Below the pieces are notes generated by a model. That model made no database searches. It was not told where the DNA came from and saw only the letters and a program-made list of their open reading frames with translations. A stretch of 46,223 nucleotides of DNA from Bigelowiella natans CCMP2755 (lineage: Eukaryota; Protista; Cercozoa). The translations under genes were made by a program, and so were the position numbers. The DNA is taken from contig ADNK01003272.1 in NCBI GenBank assembly GCA_000320545.1, forward strand, positions 1 to 46,223, given 5' to 3'. Below are positions 36,392-46,223 of the stretch, in pieces; within the stretch, counting starts at the first letter, position 1, and each line of letters begins with the position of its first letter.

Positions 36392-39300
36392 TCATCGCTT
36401 TCGGAACTTCACCAACCACCAGGTAATAGATTCCTCTCTAACCTTATCTCCTTTGTCGCTTACCCAGAACTCACCTTCGTCCTTAGGTTCGTGTCCATAC
36501 CAGCCCTCTGCATCAAGGTCCCCCAGGACCTTATACCAGTGCTCAAAGGGTAAGTCGGGAACAGCTAGGTAGAGTAGCTGATATTTTCCGTCCTTTATTT
36601 TCATAGCTACCCTCTCCATATTTCGTAATCCAGGGTAGCCTAGATAGACAATCTTCATGCGCCAATCGTCGTTCACCCTGACCTTATTGTTTCCATATTC
36701 CACATCGAACTTAGGTCGGGGTCCTAAACAAGGCATTGCTCGCTCCCACACAGTAGGGTTTACTTTAACATCCTCTAGGAGCTTCTCACCGATATCATAA
36801 TTCTTTAGGTGACTGATGTGGCGCAAGGTGACCCTGTTCCCATCATAGATGTAGTACTGCTTCCTCCCCTTCCTCTCGGTAACCTTTGCAACGCCACCCC
36901 AGAAGGGGTCTTGTTTATTTCTCGATCTCAGATTTACCTTGGCCCTAACATACTGTCCTTCCTTTAGAACTCGGCCATCGTACGGGACCTTCTCGTCTTC
37001 GCTCTCGGTATCGTCGTCGTTGTCGTCGCCTTCTTCCCTCTCCTTATCCTTGATACCTCCCCCAGACGTGAAGGTGTCGTTTACTAACCCTTGTATCTTG
37101 TCTGGTGTGGTGCTATTTATCCTGCTTAGGTTGGCCAAGGTGCGGTGGAGTCGCTCTACCTTGGAGTTGGACTGGGCATAGTATACAGGTGAGGCATCAA
37201 TATTAGGGTGTGGTAGCTGTAGAAGAGAGGTCTCATTATCCACATGTAACTTCTTTGGTATCTTGTTTATGCTAACTTCATCAGGGATAGCCTGGAGCTC
37301 AGACTCCCAGGTACGGTAGCAGTTAGTAAGCCTCTGCTTATATAAGCCTTTGTTCTTCTTAGCAACGTTGACCTTGATAATCTTTTTAACCCAGCACTTT
37401 CCAGTGGCCACATCAACGAAGGTAAGGTAGTGATAGCCATCGTACTTATAAACATCAATTTGCACGATATCTAAGAAGTTCCTTGCTTTGATTTTCTTAG
37501 ATGCACGGCTCTTGCTGGACTCCTTGGTGGCGACGCCTGCCGCCTTCAAGCTGGAGCACCTGCAGCCACGCAGGTATGTCCTTATCTCTTTTAGCTTGTA
37601 GGGCCAGTAGTAATGGTAGAGTAGAGCAGTGATATGGTTTTCTCCTACGTGTGCAGGTCCATGGGCGGTAAAGAGAAGGGCTCCCCTGGTCCGCCGTGGC
37701 ACGTAGGTACGCCTAACATTATTAGTGTATACATATATCCTATCACTAAGTACCTCATGCTTGTGTTTGTATTTATCCAGGTGTTCTTGAAGGTGCTGGA
37801 GCTCCTCTGGCTCAGGCAGGAAGTCGCCGTCCTCGAAGGTAATCGCGTTAACCATAGGGGTGACCTGGGTAGGGACTTTCTTTTCGAACAGCCTGCTGAA
37901 ATAGTCAGCAAGCTGCTTGTCTCCTGGTGCGTAGACCACTGTCCTCTTGTCCCTAAACTCTTCCGTGTCCGCCCTCATAGCTGCATACTCATCGTTAGGC
38001 GCTTCGAGCTTGCGGTCGATGCCTAGGAGGGGCTTGTGGTCAGTCATTAAGGTGAAGCTGGGCACCGACAGCAGGTAGTATCTTAGTTTCCTCTGCGCCT
38101 CAGTCATGGCTTTATACTCTCCTTTTGTAGGGCTGTACTTGGCCTCAGCTGCTGTGCAGGCCCTGCCCCACACCCGTATGATCTGCTGGTCTTGGGTAAG
38201 TACAGCAGCCATACCTAGCTTAGACCAGTCTGTCCATAGGGTAGCTGGTCTAGTAGTGTCTAGCTTAGCATTCAATAGGGTGTTGCTGCATAACTTTATT
38301 AGGTTATCGAAGTGGGCATCAAGGCCAGCCTTGGCCCACACCTTAGCGAAGCTGAGGCCTACAGAGTTCTCCTTCCGGTAAGCAGTAGTAAAAGCAGCTG
38401 CAGTCCTAGCGTAGGTAGGGGAGAACCTACGTAGTATCCAAGCTGCAGTCTGCAAGAATGACTTTAACTCCTTTGCATTCTTAGGTTTAGGGGCTTGCTG
38501 TAGTGCTGCTACTTTCTCGGGGTTTGGGGTGATGCGGCCTTGCTCCAGGTAATATCCACACCACTTGATTCTTGTAGCTAGGAATGTACACTTCTGCAGT
38601 CTAATAGTAAAACCGAAGTGTGCAAACCTAATAAATATATTTTCCAGGAGGAAGATCTGAGCGACGACTGTGTTGGTACATATTATGTCATCATCCACAT
38701 ACACAAACACAAACACCCACAACACAGACGCCATCCCATCATGTGTGTATGCCCTGTAGTTCTGACTACTGAACGCATCCCCTGATATGCTTAGGCCGTA
38801 AGGGAATACGACGAAGTGCCACTTCCTGTGCCTGCTGGAGAACGCGGTAATGGGGCGGGAGGTTTTGTGGATGGGTGTCTGCATGTATGATTCATTTTTA
38901 TCTAGGGAAGAGTAGTATTTGTATCCTATGACGTGTTCAATAACGTCATCTATCCTTGGTGTAGGTGTCTGGATCCTCTTTATTACTCGGTTGTGGCGGA
39001 TGAAGTTGTGCGCCAGGCGGAAGAAAGGGTAAGTAGGTTTCTTAGCTAGCACATGTCTCACGTTCCATGGTGAGTTGCTTGGCTCTATCTTCCCTTCCTT
39101 TGCCCATTCATTGATCTGCCACTCTATCTTTTCCCAGTCCGCTTCCGGTCGCCTATGTTCTGGGTCATTGATGATGCACTCTTCGTATCCCTTCTTTAGC
39201 TCGATCTTTACTGGGGTAAGCTTGCTGGAGGGCTTCGTCGTCGGCTTGGTGATGTCAGAGTACTTCTCGTTTAATATTTTATTAATGTACTTTTTGCCCT

Positions 39301-41365
39301 TGTCGATATCCCAATCATCAGCTGGGGGGGTCTTGTCCAGTAGCTCCGTTATCTGTCGGATGGTCTTGCCGGGGTTCTTCTTCCGTAGCTCGGTAGGTGT
39401 AGGTAGCTTGTTGTCCGCTAGGTCCATAAACTCTAACGCATTAACGCTTGACTCAGAGGTCCACTCGTCAAGCCGTATCATGTTCTGGCTGATGGTCCTG
39501 CCTGACTTCTTTGGCAACTTAGCAAAGTATATCTTGTGATTGTAGAATGATATGATCCCCCCTAATTTTTCTAGGGCATCCTGTCCGAGGAGTAGTTCCA
39601 TGGATAAAGTCATGGCTACTCGGGTCTTGATTTGGGTCTCCGCGTCGCTGCCAGGTATCTGTAGCTTTAGCATTAGCTCACCGACGGTCTTCATGGAAGA
39701 GCTTCCGTCTGCTTGAGCATATTTACGTTCTTTCTTAGTCACTTGATCCAATAGTCCTAACCTTCTTACTGTGCTTAGGCTTATGAAGGACTTCGGCATG
39801 CTGCCACTATCCCAAAGGGCAGGTAGTTTCTTGTAGTCTCCGTAGCTGTCTTTAACTTTAACCTTGGTCATAGCAACTTTGATAGTCCTGTTAGCGTCTT
39901 CGTCATTAATGTTGCATACTCCTAAGTTCTTTATGTCGTCTAGGGTCATGGGCTTGTCTTGGTCCTGCGTTGCTGGTACTGCTGTCTTCGTCGGCGCCTG
40001 CTTAAGGTGATCTAATATTCCGTTTATCTGCTGCTGTATAGCATTGATACTGTTCTGCTTTTTGTTCTTATATTTATTGTTCTTCCCGTTGTTGCTGCCT
40101 TGCCATTTGCTGTTGTTATATCCTTGTCCTCTGCCTTTCTTTCTCTTTAACTTCTCGTAGTGTTCGTTGAGCTGCCTGATCGTCATCCTGGGTCGTCCTT
40201 CTTTCCTGTCTCTGCAGTCTTTAGCGGTGTGTTTCCCTTTACGTGAGCAGTATCCGCAACGTCGGTTACCTTCCCTGTCCTTGTACCAGTCTCGCTGCGG
40301 CTTAATAGCGTTAATGTTTCCTATGCCAGGTACCTTAGGGCTGGTAAACTTGCGGTCCTGCTCCTGCTCGCGTAGGGATATAGCCTGCACTGCTGCCTCC
40401 ATCGTGGTGTAGCCTTTCTCCGTAACGTAAGTGGATTCCTTTATCTTTAACTTGAACTCTTCAAACCTTGCCTGATCATCACCTGTGTTGTAATTAAAAT
40501 CATGTAGTTCGTCGATCATATCCTGGAAGCGCGTGGCAAAGTCTCTAACAGGTTCTCTCTCATGCTGCATCATTGCTCTGTATTTTCTAATAGCCTGGGG
40601 TAGGGAGTTAGCATCCTGTTCATTTACAAAAGCCTTCATTATCGCCTCAACGTCTCGTAGCCCACTAACTGTAGTGTGTATTTTCTCTAGCTGCCTGATC
40701 CGGGTCCTGCCTGTCTCGTAAAGGTCCATGGCTTGCTTTATTATAGCTAGCCATTTGAGCTTGTCGTTTTCGGTGGGGTTAGGGGTAAAGTCGCAGAGTA
40801 TACTCCTAGCGTTCTTCCACCACCTCCTTGCCTCACCTCTTTTCCCGTTGTATTTCGTTATCATAACCGGTGCTGTTTTAACAGACATGAACTGGGTGTT
40901 CCGCTGTACCGGCTGCTGCTGCTTGACGGTGCTCTGGGTCGTCCCCCGCGAGGCGCCCAGACCCCCGTCGTTCCTAAACAAAGCTGCCCACTCTGGAGGT
41001 AAGTCTGCTTCGTAATCCATGATGTCCTGCATGATAGCTGCCCAAACATCATGTGTCTGATACTTGTATTCTATCGATACTTTCAGTTTGGCGTAGTTGC
41101 TCGCCCTGGGTCGCAAGGCTCGTAATGCCATTACGACCTTCTTGCTTTCGGCGGCCACGTCCTCGTCGTCCGCCTCGTAGAAGTTCTCCAGTGCCTCTGC
41201 TGCTGCATCTGCTTTCTTAATCCCGGGTGCTGGTCCCGGCGGTGCCTGTGGAGGTGTTCCTCCTCCTTCCTTAGCGTCCGTATCGCCCTTCCTTTCCTGT
41301 TTCTGCTCGTGCCCTTGCACGGCCTGCGAGCCAAAGTCCTGCTGTTCTTCTAGCTGCTGTGACAT
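36392..41365 (-). CDS. Gag-Pol polyprotein (1657 aa): Gag with Zn knuckle, aspartic protease, RT, RNase H, integrase, SH3-like region and an extra C-terminal domain
   Basis: CGYCSRKGKHTAKDC; LWDSGS; SLD...FPYGL...YVDD; WTDWS...GEY...TDHKPL...LADYFSR; HGPAH...CRC; IVQID...HVDNE...VERLHRT; KQDPFWGG...RHISHLK. Confidence 0.95.
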   Translation of the reverse strand: MSQQLEEQQDFGSQAVQGHEQKQERKGDTDAKEGGGTPPQAPPGPAPGIKKADAAAEALENFYEADDEDVAAESKKVVMALRALRPRASNYAKLKVSIEYKYQTHDVWAAIMQDIMDYEADLPPEWAALFRNDGGLGASRGTTQSTVKQQQPVQRNTQFMSVKTAPVMITKYNGKRGEARRWWKNARSILCDFTPNPTENDKLKWLAIIKQAMDLYETGRTRIRQLEKIHTTVSGLRDVEAIMKAFVNEQDANSLPQAIRKYRAMMQHEREPVRDFATRFQDMIDELHDFNYNTGDDQARFEEFKLKIKESTYVTEKGYTTMEAAVQAISLREQEQDRKFTSPKVPGIGNINAIKPQRDWYKDREGNRRCGYCSRKGKHTAKDCRDRKEGRPRMTIRQLNEHYEKLKRKKGRGQGYNNSKWQGSNNGKNNKYKNKKQNSINAIQQQINGILDHLKQAPTKTAVPATQDQDKPMTLDDIKNLGVCNINDEDANRTIKVAMTKVKVKDSYGDYKKLPALWDSGSMPKSFISLSTVRRLGLLDQVTKKERKYAQADGSSSMKTVGELMLKLQIPGSDAETQIKTRVAMTLSMELLLGQDALEKLGGIISFYNHKIYFAKLPKKSGRTISQNMIRLDEWTSESSVNALEFMDLADNKLPTPTELRKKNPGKTIRQITELLDKTPPADDWDIDKGKKYINKILNEKYSDITKPTTKPSSKLTPVKIELKKGYEECIINDPEHRRPEADWEKIEWQINEWAKEGKIEPSNSPWNVRHVLAKKPTYPFFRLAHNFIRHNRVIKRIQTPTPRIDDVIEHVIGYKYYSSLDKNESYMQTPIHKTSRPITAFSSRHRKWHFVVFPYGLSISGDAFSSQNYRAYTHDGMASVLWVFVFVYVDDDIICTNTVVAQIFLLENIFIRFAHFGFTIRLQKCTFLATRIKWCGYYLEQGRITPNPEKVAALQQAPKPKNAKELKSFLQTAAWILRRFSPTYARTAAAFTTAYRKENSVGLSFAKVWAKAGLDAHFDNLIKLCSNTLLNAKLDTTRPATLWTDWSKLGMAAVLTQDQQIIRVWGRACTAAEAKYSPTKGEYKAMTEAQRKLRYYLLSVPSFTLMTDHKPLLGIDRKLEAPNDEYAAMRADTEEFRDKRTVVYAPGDKQLADYFSRLFEKKVPTQVTPMVNAITFEDGDFLPEPEELQHLQEHLDKYKHKHEVLSDRIYVYTNNVRRTYVPRRTRGALLFTAHGPAHVGENHITALLYHYYWPYKLKEIRTYLRGCRCSSLKAAGVATKESSKSRASKKIKARNFLDIVQIDVYKYDGYHYLTFVDVATGKCWVKKIIKVNVAKKNKGLYKQRLTNCYRTWESELQAIPDEVSINKIPKKLHVDNETSLLQLPHPNIDASPVYYAQSNSKVERLHRTLANLSRINSTTPDKIQGLVNDTFTSGGGIKDKEREEGDDNDDDTESEDEKVPYDGRVLKEGQYVRAKVNLRSRNKQDPFWGGVAKVTERKGRKQYYIYDGNRVTLRHISHLKNYDIGEKLLEDVKVNPTVWERAMPCLGPRPKFDVEYGNNKVRVNDDWRMKIVYLGYPGLRNMERVAMKIKDGKYQLLYLAVPDLPFEHWYKVLGDLDAEGWYGHEPKDEGEFWVSDKGDKVREESITWWLVKFRKR

Positions 41366-41382
41366 TGTTAGTCAAATCGTTT

Positions 41383-41399
41383 CCCGTTTGTGGAAGCCA
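41383..41399 (-). promoter_or_regulatory. Primer binding site (tRNA species not identified)
   Basis: TGGCTTCCACAAACGGG starts 5 nt inside the 5' LTR boundary. Its complement ...TTCCCGTTTGTGGAAG-CCA resembles a tRNA 3' end. Confidence 0.6.
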
Positions 41400-41404
41400 A
41401 AGGT

Positions 41405-41730
41405 TGTTGCGCGTAAGGTGTTCACAGGCCGAGGCGCTACGTGCACAAGTAGGCAGGGGGGGGGGAAGGCACGTTTGCTTCCTTTTGAAGAGTTGTGTTT
41501 ATTTTTATTAAAGATTATATTTTTATTAAATCGTGCACTGCGTAATCATTCGCGAAGCTTTCGCGAATGCCGCCGCACGTGGGGCAGCACACTTCCGGTG
41601 TGCTGCCATGAGTCCCGCCGGAACCCACGTGCCTATGCTGTATTAATATCTACGTTATCTATATTCTATATCCGCGACAACCCCTTTGTTGTCGCACGTG
41701 ACTTGTGCCCGCGTAGTGGTACGCGCTACA
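41405..41730 (-). repeat. 5' LTR (326 bp)
   Basis: Direct repeat of 36015-36340, upstream of the gag ATG on the minus strand. Confidence 0.97.
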
Positions 41731-41905
41731 GGTGTGAGAGAAGAACATTGAGGAGGAAGGAGACACCTCTCTGGATTGCGCTTAGCTAACCTCACGCTTC
41801 CTATTTCACTCTGCTAAGATCCTCCATCCCTTTCATTGTATTGAAGTACGGATTGACGAAAAGGGGTGCTACATTTGCAGCTGAGAGGAGGAGGGTTACC
41901 TGACT

Positions 41906-43068
41906 ATGCATCGAGATAACTACCAGTCCTTTTCCGCGGATGATGACACCGAAGCCCAATATCGAAGGCAGCCATCTCTCATTAGAATGATGTCAGGAGA
42001 AGACAGTCCTGCTAATCCAGCAAGGTGGTCGGAAGATAATTAAATAGAAACTGAGTGCGCTTTTTGGTATCTTCTTAAAGCAGTCTCCTCCTCACGACAT
42101 CCTAATTTGCATACAGTGCTGTACAAGAAGCCTTTTTAGCCATGGGACGAAGGCAGAGCAGCGTTGGAGAAATGGAGGAAACGTAATTCCGCAGTCATTT
42201 TGAAGTTTGTTTGTTGTTTAGTAGATGCAACGATTATACATGCTAAAACTATTAATTGTGTTTGATAGTATATTATGCATGCATGTGTGTATGTTGCTTG
42301 TAATTCTGGAGATGCTTGTGCCTTTTTCTCATGATTTTGAAACGGTTGTTCTTCAGCATATGAGTGTTCGATTACTACAGGTACTATTGCAATATCTGTC
42401 TTTCAAACAAAAGAGTAAGTCAGGGCTATAAGGTAATAAATTAAAGATATTCTAATATTTATATATATATACATACATACATACATATATCACCCACCCC
42501 TATTTTTAACAAAAAAGTATTCTTAGCACAACTCAATATCCTTAATATTCAGTTGAAAAATTGCGGACATATGTACTGCCGCCCCTGCCTCGCAGGGTAT
42601 CTTAAAAGCCAATTCTTCTCTCGCCAGGTGATGGGTGATGATGTCCTCATATGTCATTGTTCCTTATCTTCAACGTACTGGAGTGCATCATTTATATTTC
42701 CATTGATATGTTGATGTCCCATCATGTTCTTACTCCTGTCGTTCATCGCAATCACCTCATTACATATCTCGTCCATCCTGTGATATTCTAATTCTCATTT
42801 ATTCTTCTTCAATTAGATTCATCCTCGTTGTTTCTTCATTGATGAAAAGAAGGCATGCAACACACCTATCTCTATTGATGACGTCAAAGCTGTTGCTTCT
42901 AACGAAGCAATGGAAAAATATACCTATTTTGCCAACAAGGTAGTTTTGGTAGTATGCAATGTCATGAATCAATAGCCACGATGTTGTTTCTGTGGGGGTA
43001 TTATTTATTCATCGCACACACACATAAACACCAGATATATTGCATTCGAATATTATATTTATAATTGA

Positions 43069-43109
<41 letters not shown>

Positions 43110-43682
43110 GGTGTGCGTGCTTGTATCACTACTTTAGGAAAAGAACCCTAACTATGTTGACTGCCCAAAATGCAAGAAACAGCAGGTTGAGAGGAGGAGG
43201 AGGAGGAGGAAGAAGGAATGAAGACCTTCCCATGAATACTTAATTGATTCGAATTCTATCACATTAATTATACGTCCTTGAATATATTCTTATGCGTGTA
43301 CATCGGCGTGATATACAATTCAAATTTAACATTGAAGCAGCACATCAACATTCAGTCAAAAATGATATTCTGCTCTTAACACCTTCCAGGAATACAAATT
43401 ATCCCTCCACCGATTATGTTTCCTTTGACCAATATCCTCCTCCTGCTCCTGCTGCTGCTGCTGCTGCTGCTTGTGTATATGTATGTATGTAGGAAGGGGA
43501 TCCCCGTAAGCCGTGGATGGCATGCTGCTCACCAGGCTGCGGGCAAGAGTTTTGCTTCGTACATCAACTGCAACACGGACCTGAGCAATCTTGTGCTGAG
43601 TATGAAGCTCATGTAAGGAAAATAGAAGCACAAAACCGAGCATGGAAAGCAGGAAACACCAAGAAATGCCCCAAGGTGCGCA

Positions 43683-43716
<34 letters not shown>

Positions 43717-43802
43717 GTTGGTGGGAAAGATAAATCAAGGATATTCTACTTAACCTTTTGATGTTTCTTTCCTATGGATAGTAGTAGTATTTGGAAGGCC
43801 TC

Positions 43803-43861
<59 letters not shown>

Positions 43862-44084
43862 TGTGTGTGTTTTTATGTATGCAAGACAATGCAATTATTC
43901 GTTTTGTATGAGGATGAGAATGATGGGTTGTTTATTGATGGTATTGTTCTTCTTGTTCTTCTTTGATACTAATCTACAGTGCGGTGTACCTACTGAAAAA
44001 AACGAAGGGTGTAATCACATGACCTGCTACGTGTGCAAGACAGGATGGTGCTGGTTGTGCGGTGAGGTCATCGGCAATCAGGTA

Positions 44085-44116
<32 letters not shown>

Positions 44117-44714
44117 TAGCTCGTTGCAGTTTTTACTATTAATATGTTTATTAAGGATATTATTATTATTTAATGTCGGGTAGAAACATTTGTATGTAGT
44201 AGCAGAGTAGTAGTGATAGTAGTGGTGGAGAAGATGAAAATCACAACACGCCACTTACACAACACACACACACACTCTGATACTGCTATGCCATCATCAT
44301 CATCATCATCATCATCATGATAATCATCAGTCATTCCCTGACCACTACAAAAGCGGTGATTGTAAGGGGAAACAGTTCACAAATGAGGCTGTTGCATACA
44401 TGTCGCCATGGGAGGTACTTGCTTGTGTGTGTGTGTGTGTGTGCGCGCATCTGTTATGTTGTTCGTCTTCATACTCATACTTTGCTTCTCTAATATCTCC
44501 CCCCTCCCTCATTCTAATTATCTATTATTGCTGCATTGGTTGTTAGGCGTTGTGCTGCATAATGCTTCCAGCTTTTTTCTTCCTGCTCTTTAGTCCACTA
44601 GCATTCATTATGGCAATCATCGTCTGCATCATCTCCCCTCTCTTCTACTTATGTTTTTGGTATTATCAGTCAGTAGTTTTAAGGGGAAAGTAGAGGGAGG
44701 GTAGATCAGATGGT

Positions 44715-44759
<45 letters not shown>

Positions 44760-45039
44760 TTGCTACTCTTACCACCACGTGGAAAGTATGATATACTCAA
44801 TCCAAGGGGCAGTGGATTGTGAATTCCAAGTTTTTCTTAATTCTTACTTAATAAGTCGCCATATACTAAATCGATGATGCGTTTGAAACGTTCGGTACTC
44901 AGTTGTCCAGAGGAAGGCAATGAAAATGTCTACCAACAATGCATGACGTAATAATGCATACGTCATACCCGAAGAGCAGATTATGCATATATGTATATAG
45001 TATTCTTTGTGTGTTTGTGTGTGTGTGTGTGTGCGAGAA

Positions 45040-45072
<33 letters not shown>

Positions 45073-45423
45073 CTAATGGGATTTGTAATGAACGAGGATC
45101 ATATAGTCAGATGTTGAAAGATTATGACTACAGGAGGGTGTCATTATGTGTTTAAGTAGTAGGAGTATCACATCATGTCCTGCATTATCGAAAGAATTAT
45201 CATTCACTTCCAACACATAGACCAGCCATCGTTTATTAATAAAAGTTTTCTCTCTTTCTCTTTCTCTTTCTTTTACCCAGCCTCACCGTGCATATTATCA
45301 TATTCCTCCCAATCTTGCTGGTCACGCTACCATTTTGGTTTCCATGCTTCATCTATTACAATTGTGCTATTGCGCCGAGGAGAAATCGGGCAAGGGCTCA
45401 AGCAATAGCGGTATTACTACTTA

Positions 45424-45455
<32 letters not shown>

Positions 45456-45552
45456 TACTTATACTCTCACACGCATTCGTCGGTTGTTGTTGATCTTCTA
45501 GTGCAAGGTTCAACAGAGCGTACTACTTCTCCCAAATCTCCTTCAAATTTAG
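41906..45552 (+). CDS. RBR (RING1-IBR-RING2) E3 ubiquitin ligase with C-terminal transmembrane helices; last exon uncertain
   Basis: Exons give YYCNICL..CGHMYCRPC..PRC (RING1), VDCPKC...CCSPGCGQEFCFVHQLQHGPEQSC (IBR), [33 protein letters not shown] (RING2 with catalytic Cys), then hydrophobic exons at 44547-44659 and 45281-45410. Confidence 0.85.
42455..45460. repeat. Second microsatellite-dense domain (RBR gene introns)
   Basis: (TA)/(TACA), (CT)n, (GAT)n, (GT)n, (TAA)n, (CAT)n and (TAC)n arrays inside RBR introns. Confidence 0.9.
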
Positions 45553-46223
45553 AGAGATTTGTGTATAATGCATGCATGCTGTATATGGTGCGTCTAGTTT
45601 CTATGAAATCGTGCAGCATTAGAGTCACACGTAAACACAATATTCAATGTTCATACAATAATTCTCATCCTTAGTCTAATGTTGTTCTATTTATTATAAA
45701 TACTCATAATAACAGGCACGGGGTCAGGAATTAGATCAGGAGAGAGCACAAAGCTACGTGGAAGGAAAAGTTGAAGATGTGCAGCCGCTTTTAGGGAGCA
45801 ACATGGCTTAGACAGCGCAATAATCAATGTAAGCATGCTCGAGACTGATGTATTGAATAAATTAAGTTTTTCCAATGGTTATCCCAATGTAGCTATGCAA
45901 AGCAGCGGCCACAGCGCTTAAATTCTGTTTGTTCATTTCTGTTTCTGTTGTGATGGCTTTTCATGCTTTGAAAAATAGGAAAAATGCGAAGCTGCCGTGC
46001 ACGTCGTGTTTGCACTAATTAGCTAGTCTAGTATCGGAAGTGCACTCTACTAGTCTAGCACTACTCACGCGCTTGTTCATATATGTTTCTAGAATTTGAA
46101 TGTAAATGCATATGCTAAGGGCATGCGTGTAATAAATCATTAAAAGCACACATGCATAGCACGCCAATGTGCGCATTTAGACTGGCTAGAACTGCCGATA
46201 TGAAAATGGAAAATAAAGCAATA

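Larger units (their letters stand above)
36015..41730 (-). mobile_element. Full-length Ty3/Gypsy LTR retrotransposon, very recent insertion
   Basis: Two 326-bp TG...CA LTRs, identical on visual comparison; 4-bp TSD GGTG (36011-36014 and 41731-41734); PBS-like and PPT sites; single gag-pol ORF in PR-RT-RH-IN order. Confidence 0.97.

Noticed and set aside
36939-41015. Antisense ORFs within the retrotransposon
   Set aside because: Shadow frames of the gag-pol ORF, with no motifs.
1-46223. tRNA, rRNA or snRNA genes
   Set aside because: None recognisable by eye. A tRNAscan-SE or Infernal search would be needed to exclude small ncRNAs.

Overview
Eukaryotic (protist-like), intron-rich nuclear DNA, not prokaryotic. 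Most short six-frame ORFs are microsatellite artefacts, and the real genes were reconstructed by eye from GT-AG exons. Left to right: (1) a minus-strand gene with a ferric-reductase/NOX-type haem-binding membrane segment; (2) an orphan gene with a 2.3-kb low-complexity exon; (3) a 15-exon histidine-biosynthesis fusion, HisD + HAD phosphatase + IGPD/HisB, with a 1-nt frameshift in the IGPD part; (4) MED31; (5) an OGFOD2-like 2OG-Fe(II) oxygenase; (6) a small ankyrin protein ending in CaaX; (7) a membrane ORF; (8) an FCP/SCP (NIF) phosphatase; (9) an EF-hand/coiled-coil protein ending in CaaX; (10) a P2X receptor; (11) an intact, very young Ty3/Gypsy LTR retrotransposon; (12) a membrane-anchored RBR E3 ligase. 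The most notable signals are an apparent Dam-like methyltransferase-fold domain at the C-terminus of the Gypsy polyprotein (next to a shortened D,D(27)E integrase), intergenic tracts almost devoid of TpA except in CTAG while CpG is retained, and the trifunctional His fusion. The organism cannot be identified from the sequence alone. Exon boundaries were read manually and need RNA-seq confirmation.
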